Of a stretch of DNA of 53,938 nucleotides, positions 35,595 to 48,557 are shown in pieces. Numbering within the stretch: position 1 is the stretch's first letter; each line of letters opens with the position of its first letter. This DNA comes from Atractiella rhizophila (lineage: Eukaryota): assembly GCA_021432655.1 (NCBI GenBank), contig MU271252.1:67357-121294 (forward strand). The letters run 5' to 3'. The position numbers and the translations under genes were made by a program. The notes under the pieces were generated by a model. That model was not told where the DNA came from. It searched no databases and was given only the letters and a program-made list of their open reading frames with translations.

Positions 35595-38500
35595 TATGAT
35601 GCTCATGCTCATCATCACCCGTGGATGTATCCTAACACTTCTAGTTCAGCAGCCATTTATACCTCTCGGTACCACAACGAGCTAAGCCCCGCACGGCAGC
35701 TCCATCCTCACTTCCCACGCAATACGAATATCAAGCTCTGCAAGAATATTGCAGGTAGAAGTCTGTACCGGAGAGACCGGAGCGTGGGGAACAGAGGGAA
35801 GCATGACAGAACCAACTTTCTGTTCCTTCTGCCTCAGAGTGCAGGTGGCCACACGACCCTAAGAGGAGCAATAATTTGTGGACATCTAGGTTGGCGCAAA
35901 AATAAGAAGGGGAAAAGTGGAGAGCACAAACTGGAGTACGATGACAACGAGTGAACCTTTTGACTGATCATCCTGCTGATCCATCACCTCGAGGGAAAGT
36001 TCCTTCTACAGGGAGCATCCAAAGCCGAAGGTCAACCGAATGTTGTGATTTAAGCCCTTTTCCTCTTCCTACAACGTGTAAGCATGACCACTATAATCGA
36101 CGTTCAAGTTTTCAAGTCTTCGGTTCTTGGAAACGAGGAAATGGGGGGGGGGGTACCATGATAGCCTTCATGATGTATATCGATGGTTCAATAGTTCAAC
36201 GCTCGCAGGCATTACACTATAACGCCAGTGATAAAGCTACAAGAGTAGGCTCACATTTCTCCCAAGTCTCAGCAAGCCGAGTAAAGATCTATCTCCCCAA
36301 AGCTACGTGGTGACATGCGATTCAAGTCTTGACTACGTTTCATGTGGCTTCCCGTGGTTTTAGTCTGCATGATAATGAATATCAGCAACCACGACGGATC
36401 ACGCGAATGTGCAGAGATCGATACCATGAGATGGAGTATCTAGGAGCAGGGCATCACATTACCACTGGGTGCTCGAAGGCTTGTACTCTGGCTAGGTTGT
36501 GGGTACGAGCATTGATCAAAATGTAGCCGTGGTTGATCACCTAGTGAGCACATTGTTTCGATATCTCAGATTTTTTTTACAACAAATGCCATCTGGACTT
36601 TTTAGTAAATTTGGTAGACACTTGTTTGAACTGTTAGCCCAGCTCGGGTCAAGTGGTTCACTTCACGAACCTTTATCGTCCGTGAGAATGAAGAAGGAAA
36701 AAGTCTTCTCACGTTTTAATCCTTCAATCATTAATCATGCATCCGTCCTTCATATCTTGGTTGTCGACCTCGCCGATTTTCAGTTTGTCTCTCAGACACG
36801 AATAAGAATCGCTCGTATTCAATAACTGTTGAACTTCTGTGACTTTGGTCTTGGAGGTTTCCACTAGAGCAAGTTTATAACTAACGACTGGGTATCAGTC
36901 GGTCTCGCTTTCACACGTAATCGTGTACTAGATTATTGCGAGGGATTGAATCATGCAGGAAGAAAAGTGATGGCGCCGGACATTTTGACATTAAACAGAA
37001 GTTCCGGCTCAATTATGTCCAAAGAGGGATCCCGCGGCAGAGTTATGGTGTCCAAAACTGTTCATTCATTCACTCACGCCCACACATCTCTCTTCACTCC
37101 CAACTTCCCATCCCCACAGGGATAACCCTTTACCACCTCTCAACCGTCCGCTTTCTCCATCTTTGTGGTCCGATTACAATGCTCGACAAATGACGACTGA
37201 CAACTGAAGACAGAAACGCCGACCTCTCTGGAGAGGGAAGGTGTAGGAAAATCAATGTATTGACGAAGCCAGCGTTTGGATTGGTGCTGTTGTCATTTCC
37301 CTCGCCTATGTACACTGGAAGGAGCGTTTCTTTAGACGCCCTTCTCATTCTTATCCTGTGGGCATTTACCCCCATATGCGGCGATTTGCTCTTCAAATTT
37401 ATCCAGCTGGGCAAATCGGTTATGCACGATGTTTAGACTTTACTTCAGTTGTTTTGTATTCAGCGTGGTGCATGGAAAGGCGCTTCTTCGTGAGATCAGG
37501 TCTTCTGGTCACATTTACGACCGATCTGCCCTGTGCAGGAGCCTTGCGCGTATTTAGATGGTCTCCTCGTGTCATCGTCATCTCGCTGCTGACTAGACTG
37601 TAGCCAGGATGCTCCATCTATGTAGTGGGGGCGATTTCTCGTCTGATGCAAAATGAATATTTTGTGCAAGCGTCGTGATGCTCACTCCGAGGCCTTTAAC
37701 CTGAATCGCAAAATTATCTAAACTTTGCATGCAGCGAGAAGCGGAAATCTTGCAATTGCAGACAAATTCAGCGAATATGCGTCAGTGCTTACATCTACTT
37801 GATGCGGAATTGTTGCAGGAAAATGCCCGTCAGATTTGTTGTGATTCCGTATCTGAAATGAACCAGCGGATTTGAAGCCGGCCCTGAAGTGTATGCTAGA
37901 CAACTACATTCTCTTTCTTTCTATCCATGGGACATATTGTCACATTTTTGTTGAGCAATTCACGATTATGGGCTATAGCCAAACATTTTTATTTGAAGCC
38001 TAAAGGTTGTTGTCTTCGATTTCATAACCTGTGTGGGAAAAAAGAAGAAAATCCCAGAAAAATCCCAGAAAAGAAATATCGGAGTATGGCATCATTCAAA
38101 TATATGTCGCATGACCTATCTAACTTACTCAAACACACTGTCAGGCGATATGTTTCTGTGTCTTGTGAGTTCTAACCGGGTTTAGTTCCCATAAGGAGAT
38201 GTCGATCTCACAGAGACCGCAATCGTTGCTCTGTAGGAAAACGAGTGATATTTCATGTCGATATGGACGGTGGTTCATTGAATGAATTGATGTACAGGGC
38301 GAGCTTACGCTTGAATAGAGTTTTGTTGCTCTCTTCCCCTGTTCAAGGAGCAACGATTATGCCGATGCGAGGTAGAATTCCGACAGAAAGCTAGTTTTCG
38401 ACCCTCATTGCGTTCTCTTGCGTATCCGGCATATGTGATTTGCCCTTATGCCTATGAAGGGAATACATCATAGATATTAGCATGTTATCTGCCGAATTCA

Positions 38501-38893
38501 GGCTAGATCACGTGCCCAGGCATATTGTGGCTTTCTTTGGTCTTTGAACCGAATATCTCAGTTCAGTTATTGCATCCGCATCTCTCCGGCATACGGCCTG
38601 ATTAGTGCCTGATTTGTCCCCCACCATCGCTCCACTGACACGCGGAAAATATGAGGTTCTTTTTCGGCCAATTTGACATTGCTTCCCTTAAGAAAGATGG
38701 GATGTCAAGCTTGTCTGCAGTCTGAGACCCGCGTTTAAATCCAATTGCCTCAGCCTCGTGCGGCATTCTTCTTTTGTAACTCAAACCAACTGAGGTGAAT
38801 CCCATCGATCGTGCTCAACCTCTGTCCTGATTCTCTTTGATTTGCGATCGCAGGTTCCTCTTCTTCCATATCTTCAGCTTTGTTAATTCATCG

Positions 38894-39364
38894 ATGGATT
38901 CGCCTCCACCAATCACTGTCAGCCGAGGCGACTTTACCTACGGACCCAATCCCTCGGAGGGTCTACTTATTAGTGGAGTCCCTCGATGCGAGCCCGAGGA
39001 GCTGCTCTCTTTAATACAGAAGGAGATGGCTTCTCAACCCCTTGCACTCCTGCATAAAGAGACATCTGCCTCCTCTCCTTTTCCTTCTCGGCGGTCGAAC
39101 TCTCCCGGTCCTAAATCAAACCCTTCTGCTTTTCTGCCTAAATCCCCTAGCAAGACTTCACCAACCCGGCGCGATTTCTGGGCTGCTCAATGCGTTTTCT
39201 ACAATCTCCCTATCCTATACGGCAACGAAGCCCAGCTCGTGCATAATCTGTGGAAGGAAGTGAATGAAAATGGGGGCCTGAAATTTAGTTTACAGCTCCA
39301 GCTCTTGGAAGAGGATCTGGCTAGGGAGTGGAAGAGATTGATGGTAGATCAAGCCAGGAGTTAA
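38894..39364 (+). CDS. Hypothetical protein of about 156 aa
   Basis: ORF MDSPPPITVSRGDFTY..RDFWAAQCVFYNLP..; no function recognised. Confidence 0.55.
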   Translation: MDSPPPITVSRGDFTYGPNPSEGLLISGVPRCEPEELLSLIQKEMASQPLALLHKETSASSPFPSRRSNSPGPKSNPSAFLPKSPSKTSPTRRDFWAAQCVFYNLPILYGNEAQLVHNLWKEVNENGGLKFSLQLQLLEEDLAREWKRLMVDQARS

Positions 39365-39935
39365 CTATGATCAAGGTTGATGATCTTTTACGAATTTCGT
39401 ATGTTGTTCTTTGTGAAGTGCTGATGGGGAACGACAAGGCTGATGTTATCTCTGTCAGAACGACTTCTATAACGCCGTTCTAGATATCGCCTTCAACGGT
39501 TGACAGAGACAATTGTGCCGATCAAATTGGTGTCCAGGTTTTGCCTTTCATCCAGCCCAGATTGTGCTTCGGTGTGGATTGTGTACTTCCTGCAGCCTTG
39601 CAAAATGACTATAGGTATCACACATTGACTCTCCAATCTTAAACTGATACTGCCAGGTTGATAATAGTACAAGGGATGGAGAGAACTCGGAAGCGATGGG
39701 ACGCAATATTGCCGCGGACACACATAAAACATTAAGCGCTGAGAATAAGAAAGAAAGGATGACAGTCGGAACACTCAAAAGGCGAAAGGAGAGCTCTAGT
39801 AAAGAGGGTATAAAGACACTTCCACATGGCATGAAATGCTTGGATCTATGACTGATATGATAAACTGAATGATAGTCACTAAGTTAAGTCTGTTAATCTA
39901 GCTGTTGACGGCGGTGCTTTCTATTCTAAGGCATG

Positions 39936-42900
39936 TTACCTGGCATAGCCGTACTCGTCGTCGTCGTGATGTGGACGGACGCCAAGCGGAGAGTGGTATG
40001 CGGCATTGTAAGAACTCTGCTGAGGTCCGTCGCTTCTGACAAAGTCGTCTCGCTCAAAGTATGGGTTCTGAGAACGGGCTGGAGAAGGAGTGCGACTTCC
40101 CTGGTATGAGAGCGTATGATCGTCGCTTTGAGGATGTATGACGGATGTGGGAGTTGACAAGTTGGCAACATTATTGTTGTTCGATAACCGCGAGGAAGAG
40201 AACCGCTTGACAGCTGCAACTTGGGGCGAAGAAATAGGTGTCATCGATTCTGTGAACGGAGTTGTAGGCGTAGGATTCATCAGTGGGTTCTTGACCTCCT
40301 CCATCTCTGGTTGTTCGAGGTCGAGGGCTGCGGCGTGACCAAGCTTGTACTTTACGCGCTCCCGGACGATATCGCTGTCCTTGGGAGTATACGTCGTCTT
40401 GACGTACATGTAAAAAAGTCGTGGTCCCAAAGCTATCACTTGAACAACCAGTATACTGGCCCAAAACCTGCGCACAATGTCAACCACGAATAGTTAGCGC
40501 GGCGAATACGTACTCAACAGTAGGGAACAGGTATTCATATAGATTCTCGAACCGACCCGAAAAAGGCAGCAACGAGAAGATGAAAACCCACACGAGAGGC
40601 AAGATGGAGGAGACGACCAAGACCAAGGTAAATATCCATGTCCAGTTTCGATTGTACAACCCCACGAACAAATTAGCTGAGACCAAGGTGAGATAGCTGC
40701 ACTGCAGAAACTAGTTGAATACGCACCAACGAGTACACTGCCGATGGCAACTGTCGTTCCGAATTCCAAAAGACTGAAGTCTCTTCCAGTTGCAGATATA
40801 GAGTTTGTACCAAAGAAAATGAGATACGGGATAAAGAAGGCGACAGCTGATTCGTAGAGGCCGTCAATAATCGCGCCCCAGAAACGACCACGACCGTACT
40901 CTAGCCCAGCAATGCCTCTCCTGTAGAGACCAGGAAAGGTAAGAGACATCTTGGCATCAACATCTTGATCGAATGCACCTAGAAGACCACACGGTAGAGA
41001 CGTGAAAACAAGGTTGTACAGTAGGATCAAAGTGTAATCGTAGAGGTACGTCGAGTCGAAGTTGCAAAAGATTTGGTACCAGAACAGACTGACGGTCCAA
41101 ATGATGTTCTTGAAAAAAAAAGTAACGTGCATATCACTGATGCGGATGTAGGACCATCGACCGTGGACAAGGAGCAGGCGTTCCAAGTAACGGAATTGTC
41201 CTACAGCGTAATCAGCAGACATTGCGGCCTGAGCTCCTTCCAATCCGGCGATGCCAACGCCGATGTGCGCTTCCTGGATCATCGCAACGTCGTTGGCGCC
41301 ATCTCCAATCGCCAACGTCATGGCGTTCCTTCCTTCCTTTACCAACTTAACCGTCAAAGCCTTCTGTGCAGGGGAAACACGGCAGCAGACAACCGTGTCG
41401 CACTGAGTCGCCAGTTGGAGAAACAAGGGCTTCAAGCCGGCATCTAAAGCGAAACGAAGGGTTTCTCCATCAATAACAGTTGCGTAGCCAGTTGGAGGGG
41501 GTTTGTTGTCAATCTTGTCTGGCGGGAGGAGTCCCAGACGTGCGCCGGAAAGCTTGTCAAGCGCCTGCTGAATCTGATCTCGAGCTCCAGCCTCAGTCTC
41601 TGAAGAAATGATGATGATGTCCATTTCGTTCGTGAGGAGATTACAGCTAAATCCTAAATGAAGAAGGGTAAACCACTTTACAAACGATAGACTCAATGAG
41701 GTACCAATTTCAATTGCCGTTTGCAACTTGTCCCCTGTAGCGACCAATGAGACTAGAGTAGTTACACATGGTAAATAGACTCACCTGTAAGAATCCACAG
41801 CTTGAGACCAGCACGTCGAAGCTGCTGAATTGCGTCAGGGACCCCCCCTTGCAGCTTGTCTTCGAGAGCGGTGGCACCGAGCAGAGTGAGACCTTGCTCA
41901 ACATACTCAGACGCCTTATCAATCTCCTCGTCCCGGTCGATGACAGATGTGCAAGCCGCATCGTAAATTTTCACCCATGACAGGAAGTCTGACGGTTCCA
42001 TGTATTTGTAAGCGATGCAAAGGGTGCGAAGACCTCCGTTAGCAAAAGTCGTCAGATCAGCTTGAGTGGAGTCTTTCAGTGTCGCATCGTGATCGTTCCG
42101 AAGGCGTTGGTAGATGATGCTGTCGGCCCCTTTGCAAAGGAGGAGGATTCGATTGTCCGGAGTTTTGACAATGACGCTCATTCGCTTGCGGGTGCTGTTA
42201 AATTCCAGGACTCTGAGAGGGATATATCGAAGGGTTTCTCCCATCACTTCGATTTCGATTTCGTTGTTAGTGCGATTGATAAAGGTGAAACCGACATCAC
42301 GGGCAGCAGCGACAAGAGCGGCTTCGTCAGGAGACTCTGCTTTGTAATCGATTAGGCTAGGATTTTCAGTGGATCGATCAGAGAGAACGGAGTGACAGAT
42401 GGCCAGTGCCTTGAAGAACTCAATGATGTGAGGACGCTGAGACGAGCGGGGATCCAAGTCTTCAGCAAACCGAGTCGAAATAAGAGTGAGCTTGTCATCT
42501 TGCAGGTATTGGTTGGGGTAGAGCCTCTGCATGGACTGTATCATCGAGTTCTTCATCCTCAAAAGATTGACTTCCGATTGCTTGTCCTCAAACGTTGACA
42601 AATCCTTCCCTTCACGGCGTGCTGCTCCAATCTCCGCCTCTGTAACTCCCTCCCCATACGCGACTCCATTGATGGAGCATTTTTTGAACTCCATCACATT
42701 CTGTGTCAGGGTACCGGTCTTATCCGAGAAAATGTATTCAATCTGACCGAGATCATCAGAGATGTTCCATGTCTTGGGGACACAGGGATAATCGAGCTGG
42801 ACTAGCAATGAGAGCGCCTTCAGAATCAGAAATGAAGAACTGACTGGCTGATAATACATCTCCACATCTTGGTGGATGAAATACGCCTGAATTGTTTTGA

Positions 42901-45671
42901 CGATTTCCACGGTGATCACGAGGGATATAGGAACGATGGTTTGGAAGAGGATCAAAGCAGCACCAGCAGTGATCAGGCCGTCCAGGGTCGCATTTCCAGT
43001 GACACTAGCATCTGGTTCGTAAAACTGGTGCGATGTGTCGTCTTGAGCAAGGTAGACGCCATCGAGGACGCCGCAGACAGCACACATAATGACGAGGAGA
43101 ATAAAATTCACAATGACGTTGTAGTTGGTCTCATTCCCAATCTTGCTTCGTTTTGAAGGAGTTTCTCCTGCGCTACGATCAGCTCGAAAATTACTACATC
43201 GAGATACAGACCTTGATTCAGCATGATCTTCGTGTCGTTCCCGGTGAAGACGACCAACCCAATGGCCCATCTCGTATTTCGAATGGCGCAACCACGAAGA
43301 AGCATCTCGTTGATGCCAACAGCCTGTTCTCGGATATCTGGTTTTCCGTGCGGGCGAGCTGGATCGGGGATGGCATAACGAAGGATAGCATTGTACGAGT
43401 AAAGATTGGCGTTTGGAGGCTCAGAATCAACCCAAAAGCGCGCATGTTCGATATCTTCCTCATTGACGATTCCCATGGTACTTTTAACGCTCCTCCTAGG
43501 TTTGAGATTCGTCTCCCCATCCAGATTTTTGGTTTCTACGAAGCAAATGCCGTCCGCGTCGCTAGAATTGAGCACTACCATGTCGGCAGGGACTTGGTCG
43601 TTCTCTTTGAGCAGGACGATGTCACCCACTTCCAGCTTTTTCCAGAGGGTTCGTTCCCACTTAGCTGTACCGGCGGTGGGCAAGGAATAATTGACCACGT
43701 CGGAGCGGCCCCCCAGTCCAGTTGCCAAGGAGGAAGGAACGGCAGTAGATTGAATGGTGTGAGAGCGGTCGCGAGTCGTAGCAGTGTAAGTACTCGGGTT
43801 ATGGGAATCGTCAGAGAGAACGTCATAGGCGCTATGGCTTGGGGTTATACCGCTGACGACCTCGTCCATAGTCATCGCGGACAGTTTGGAATTCGAGGCG
43901 CTGTTCTGCATCGTCGAATCCGCGTAAAGGAAGTCCGTGCTGTAACCCGCCTCCGCTTCTCGCAACTTCTTGACCCTACGACTCTCCTGGGTACGTGCCG
44001 CTCGAGGACGAATACCAAATAACCGCTCATACCAAGCGCCGACAAGATCTGGCTGATTGACATTCCTCCAGTCGCCGAGACGAGTTACAGCAGTGTTGTT
44101 GACCTCGTTGTCCAAAGTGCGACGACGCCAGTCTTCAATTCCGTCTTTAGTCGCAGTAAGGGTGAGGATGAATATGAGTGGAAGAGCTGCGACTTGAGCA
44201 GCGGCGCCACCAAAAATGGGAAAGACTAGCCACATAGCCTTAGTGAATGACATTCTAAAAAGGTGAGAGCCTTACATTGAAGGACGATGAGTGCAAGGAA
44301 GTAGATGTTTGCAACTCCTCGAAATTGTTCGGCCAAGTTCTGGTGGAGTCAATATCAGAATTATCGTTGAGAAGGAAGGTTGTGGGTGCGCACTTTGGGT
44401 ATAAAGGATATAAAGGTATACTTGCTGGTCCTGACCTTGTTCCTAGCGTAGAGTTGACTTGGTTGACCATTCTTATCAACTTCTTCCAGCTTCCAATCTT
44501 TCCGGTCCACATTAACATAAACAGTCCTCCTAATCTTCGCACCCCTCGACTTGGTATTATCCTCGGCCCCTTTCTTCTTCTTATGCCTGCCATCCATCCT
44601 CTCCATCCGATCCTTATTCTCAGCCTGCTCCTTATCCATCCGCGTCCTCATCCTCTCCACATCTGGTAATCCGCCTGGAACGATATCATCGATGTGTGCA
44701 GGGACAGGTGGAGGTGCTTCCTCTCCGGGGTCTGTTACGGCTCCATCGTGCCCCTTCTTCGTCTTTCGTCGTCCAAAGATGCTTCGTGATTTCCCGAGCT
44801 TCTTCATCGAGGTAGAGGCTAGACCTGAACGTCGAATACGCCATGCTCTCCGCCGGTCCTCCTCTCGCATCGACTCGTGGATAGAATCGGTGGCCGTCCG
44901 CGTAATACGCAAGCGGTGGTCTGGATCCTGGGCTCTGCATAGTGTGTTAGCATGTCACTTATGGTTGACGTTTGACATAAGGATTATTTGCGCTATGGAC
45001 AATCTCGACCTATCTAACGCGGAGAGGTTTTCCCACCACGGCAAGAAGTGCTTAGACAATAATATATTGCGAAGTGACCAGAGACGCTCGTTCTGAACGA
45101 CGTACAGCCAACAAACGGATAACCATGCATGTAGCACCGGCTCGAGTTTCCCCAACCCAGAAACTCATAGGTTACATTGCCGCCTGATCGCAGATAGCTC
45201 GCTTGACATGGCATGGACAGTGCAAGGTAGGCTTCATGCATCGGCATGCATAAAGCAAAACACGAAGTACTTAGGTATCCATGCCGTTTGATTTTATTTC
45301 CCTTCCCTCTAGGCTATAGCTTAAGCAGCAAAAACACACCAGACGGTATTTCCACCTGCACACCTTCCTGCCAGGATTATGAAAGGTCTCTATGGACCAG
45401 ACTGACAAGCAGTGCCAAGACATGTTCCTCACTCTGGACCAAAGCAGGAGAACACGACTTACGGGTCATAGTCTAAGTCGTTGACATCCCTTTCCTCCTC
45501 CTCGGTAATCCCAGTGGATCCAATGCCATTCCACCTCTTATTATGACCTTGCAAGCTCCCGACGACCTCCATTGCTTCAGAACCATGGCTGCTCTCGCTC
45601 CTCACACCGAATTGGGTGCTTGCATTCGAGGACGACCTTGCGCGCGAGAAACTAAGTCGACGGCTGGACAT
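39936..45671 (-). CDS. Phospholipid-translocating P4-ATPase (flippase), Dnf1/Dnf2-like
   Basis: NKVRTSKYT, DGETNLK, IVPISL, phosphorylation motif DKTGTLT, EFNSTRKRMS, TGDK, GDGAND. First exon 45671-45463 joins in frame to 44934 across a 528-nt intron. Confidence 0.95.
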
Positions 45672-48557
45672 TGCACGGGGTAGTGGGTGTGTGGTGAAGT
45701 TGAAAAGATGGTGGTAACGAGTGTACAGCAAGGGTTGTGGCAGAGTTGGATGAAGAGGGAGAGGGAGAGGGAAAGGGAAAGAGGGATTAAGAACTGCCCG
45801 GGCTGGAAGCTTTGGTTGTCTGGAGATGCCGACAGTCGTCGCGTGTGTTCGTTACGCCTGTTCGTCAGCACTGAGCATGACAGATATTCCTTCCGTATTC
45901 CGTATTCCGAAGGATTACGGGAGATTATCCTCCATGACTCACGTGTGAACTCCGTTCAGCTGGCAAGCTGGAGCGAAAAGCCCCTTCTCTTCACGGCTTC
46001 CTTCATGGTCTTGAGATGCGAAAGAATGGATGATGATTTATCCTTAAGGTCTCGCAAATCGAAGATCAGTACTGATCCTTCTGCAGACACGTTCCCATCT
46101 GCTATCAAAACTTGATCAAGCATCCGTCGCATTTGTCTCTAGTCCTCCGCTTCTGTCGATGGAGGAGCTGGCGAAGCTCCGGCCACCATTGTACGCAGCG
46201 GGACCTGGATCTAGCAGTGTCAGACGAGGAGGCGCTTCATCCCCTTCAGAACATGCAATACACAAATCGCTTATAGGTGACGGTCATTGGGACAGTTTCA
46301 AAGTGTCTTGTTGCGCAATGGAAATGTGATTGAGAACCAAGAGAAGATCGGGGTCACTAATGCCAATTATGAAGAAGTGGGCACTCAATCCTCGTTCACT
46401 CAGAACGGTCAGCCGCACCTCCAATAAAAGGGGGTTTGGCATATCAGTTATTGTTTGCCAATCGTTTTGCTACGTATCGACCTGAAACCAGTTGCAATGT
46501 TTCTTTTCGGTGGCGCTGCAACAGCCTGGCACTCGAGTAAACAACAGCGTGATACCGTAAACCGGCAGCTCTGTTCCTGGTGTAGTTGAGAGTGATGCAC
46601 AACACAGGGGGAGCATTGAGGTATAGCAAGACGGCGAGTTGCTGAGGGATGCGCATGACAGTGATGCCATGTGCGTGCAAGTGTAGCTCCCTCTCGAGGA
46701 ACATATGCAATCATTTATACATTAGTAAATCAATGCAAAGGGGCAATGAAGAAGTGGTTAGTACAATCGGACACTGGTATGCACATGAGTACGAGCTCGT
46801 AGATCTCAGGCAGGCAAGGACCCGGAGGTTACTCAGGTGGTCGACGTGAGGGAACAAGCTGGTTGTCCTAGTCGGAGGTTGGTGATTCATAGATGCTCGT
46901 GTCGTTAAGTCTTGCGAGAGAGCGGTGAGTACGCCACTTAAAGAGAGCTTTGCCCGTTCGGTTAGTGAGGTTAAAGCGAAATCAGGAAGAAGCAGTACCA
47001 AAGGGGGCATATGCCCGCTATTCCTCTCAGTCTCGTGATAGCTACACAAAACTATCTTCTCCAATGCCGGAAGAATTGAAGTTTTGTTGGAAGCAGGGGA
47101 GCTGAGGAGTTCGGGTGTCAAGTCCATCCTAGATGTTTGATCTTGAGCTCCTTCTGACGAGTGTCCTCAGCCCCTTTCATTTCAGCTCTCGCTTCATAGT
47201 GCTTTGACGGACGAGTAAAAGGCGATCTAAGCCAGGCAGTGCTGGTCGCAAGTCGTACAACCATTTGCAGTTGTGGAGAGGATGGAGATTAAGGATATAG
47301 AAGTTGGTTTGAGGGTTATTGTGAGCTGTTGTGACGATGACGACTGACCAGACGTGTAGCTGACGGTGTCCTGCGTTCGTGGAGACGTGCTCATGAGCGT
47401 CATCGATACAAACAACGATACGAAAGCACGTTGCACGTTGACAGGCATCAGACGAAGCTGCTATTCAATGACTTCTTGAGTGAAATAAGGTGGCACAAGT
47501 ACTTTCACTCGCTGTGACAGCTCTATTGTGGTAGTTAGAGGCCGAAGCAGAGGAAGCCCAGACAACGTTCATTTGATGGCCCAGTATGGTGCACGAACTT
47601 CGATCTACACCCTGGGGCTCGTACCCTGCCTCCTGTCCGCCTTCGCTTTGGGTGCTCTCGCATGGGTGATCCACACCAAGCCTTCCCTACACCGAGCAAC
47701 ACTGCCTCTCCCCTCTTTCTAATAATCTCTCCTGGCAACGTGTTTCTCACCGTCCCCTCAAAGGCGGGTGGAGAGGCCTCGATCGATCCTCTGTACAGAA
47801 ACATGGCGGAAGCGAGCGATTTGCTTAAGGTCGCAGGTTGGGAATCGGACCTGCGAAGCCTGCCAGAGCGATCTCGATAAGATGATTGAAGTCTCTTTCG
47901 GATGGATGGAGGAGGGGCGGCTGCGCATAGGTATTGAGAAGGCTGAAAGAGGTGCGGAAAAGTGTTTAGAGAGAGTGAGGAGGTGGAGACGGGCACAACG
48001 GTGGGTTAGGTTCCGTGGATGGGTATGGTTTGGAGGGTGTGCGGGGTGATGTAGTCCCAGTAGAGAGGATTTGGTCTCAGTCTCGAAGGTAGGTAGGGTA
48101 AACTCAGAAGTAGCCCAGAGTGGCGCACCGTCGAAATGTGACTTCCGTCAGCACCCTTCTTTGAATTTATTTGAGGGTTTTCTCCGAAGAGACGAAAGAA
48201 TGGGAATAAGACGCGCCTCTTGAACACATCTTCGGGATGTGCGCTAGAGTCTTGAGAACTTTAATGAATTACAAGCGTCTGGAACCCAGCCTCTGCCATC
48301 GACGAACACTCACTGGATCTCTCTCTCACTGTCAAAGAGAGCAAGATATCGGATTGTTCCTAAGTTTTTGTGTTGAGGGGCAAGCAATCTGCCAATCTGC
48401 ATTATCCACATCGACGTCCAGACCTTCCAGACATTGCCATCTCCATCAGCAGCGAATCAATCGAAATCAGCCTTATCTGGAAAAGGACAATTCTCACTAG
48501 TTAGTCCTTGTCCATCCTCACAGTTTGATTTTTACATCTGAGGTGAGGACGGTCAAC

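Noticed and set aside
43153..44022. 289-aa plus-strand ORF and similar long antisense ORFs
   Set aside because: Shadow frames opposite real coding exons; no recognisable motifs.
47211..47230. CGCCTTTTACT on the minus strand equals U5 snRNA loop I
   Set aside because: No convincing closing stem and no Sm site downstream.
46150..48050. Possible minus-strand gene from short ORFs
   Set aside because: I could not assemble a consistent spliced frame or recognise a family.
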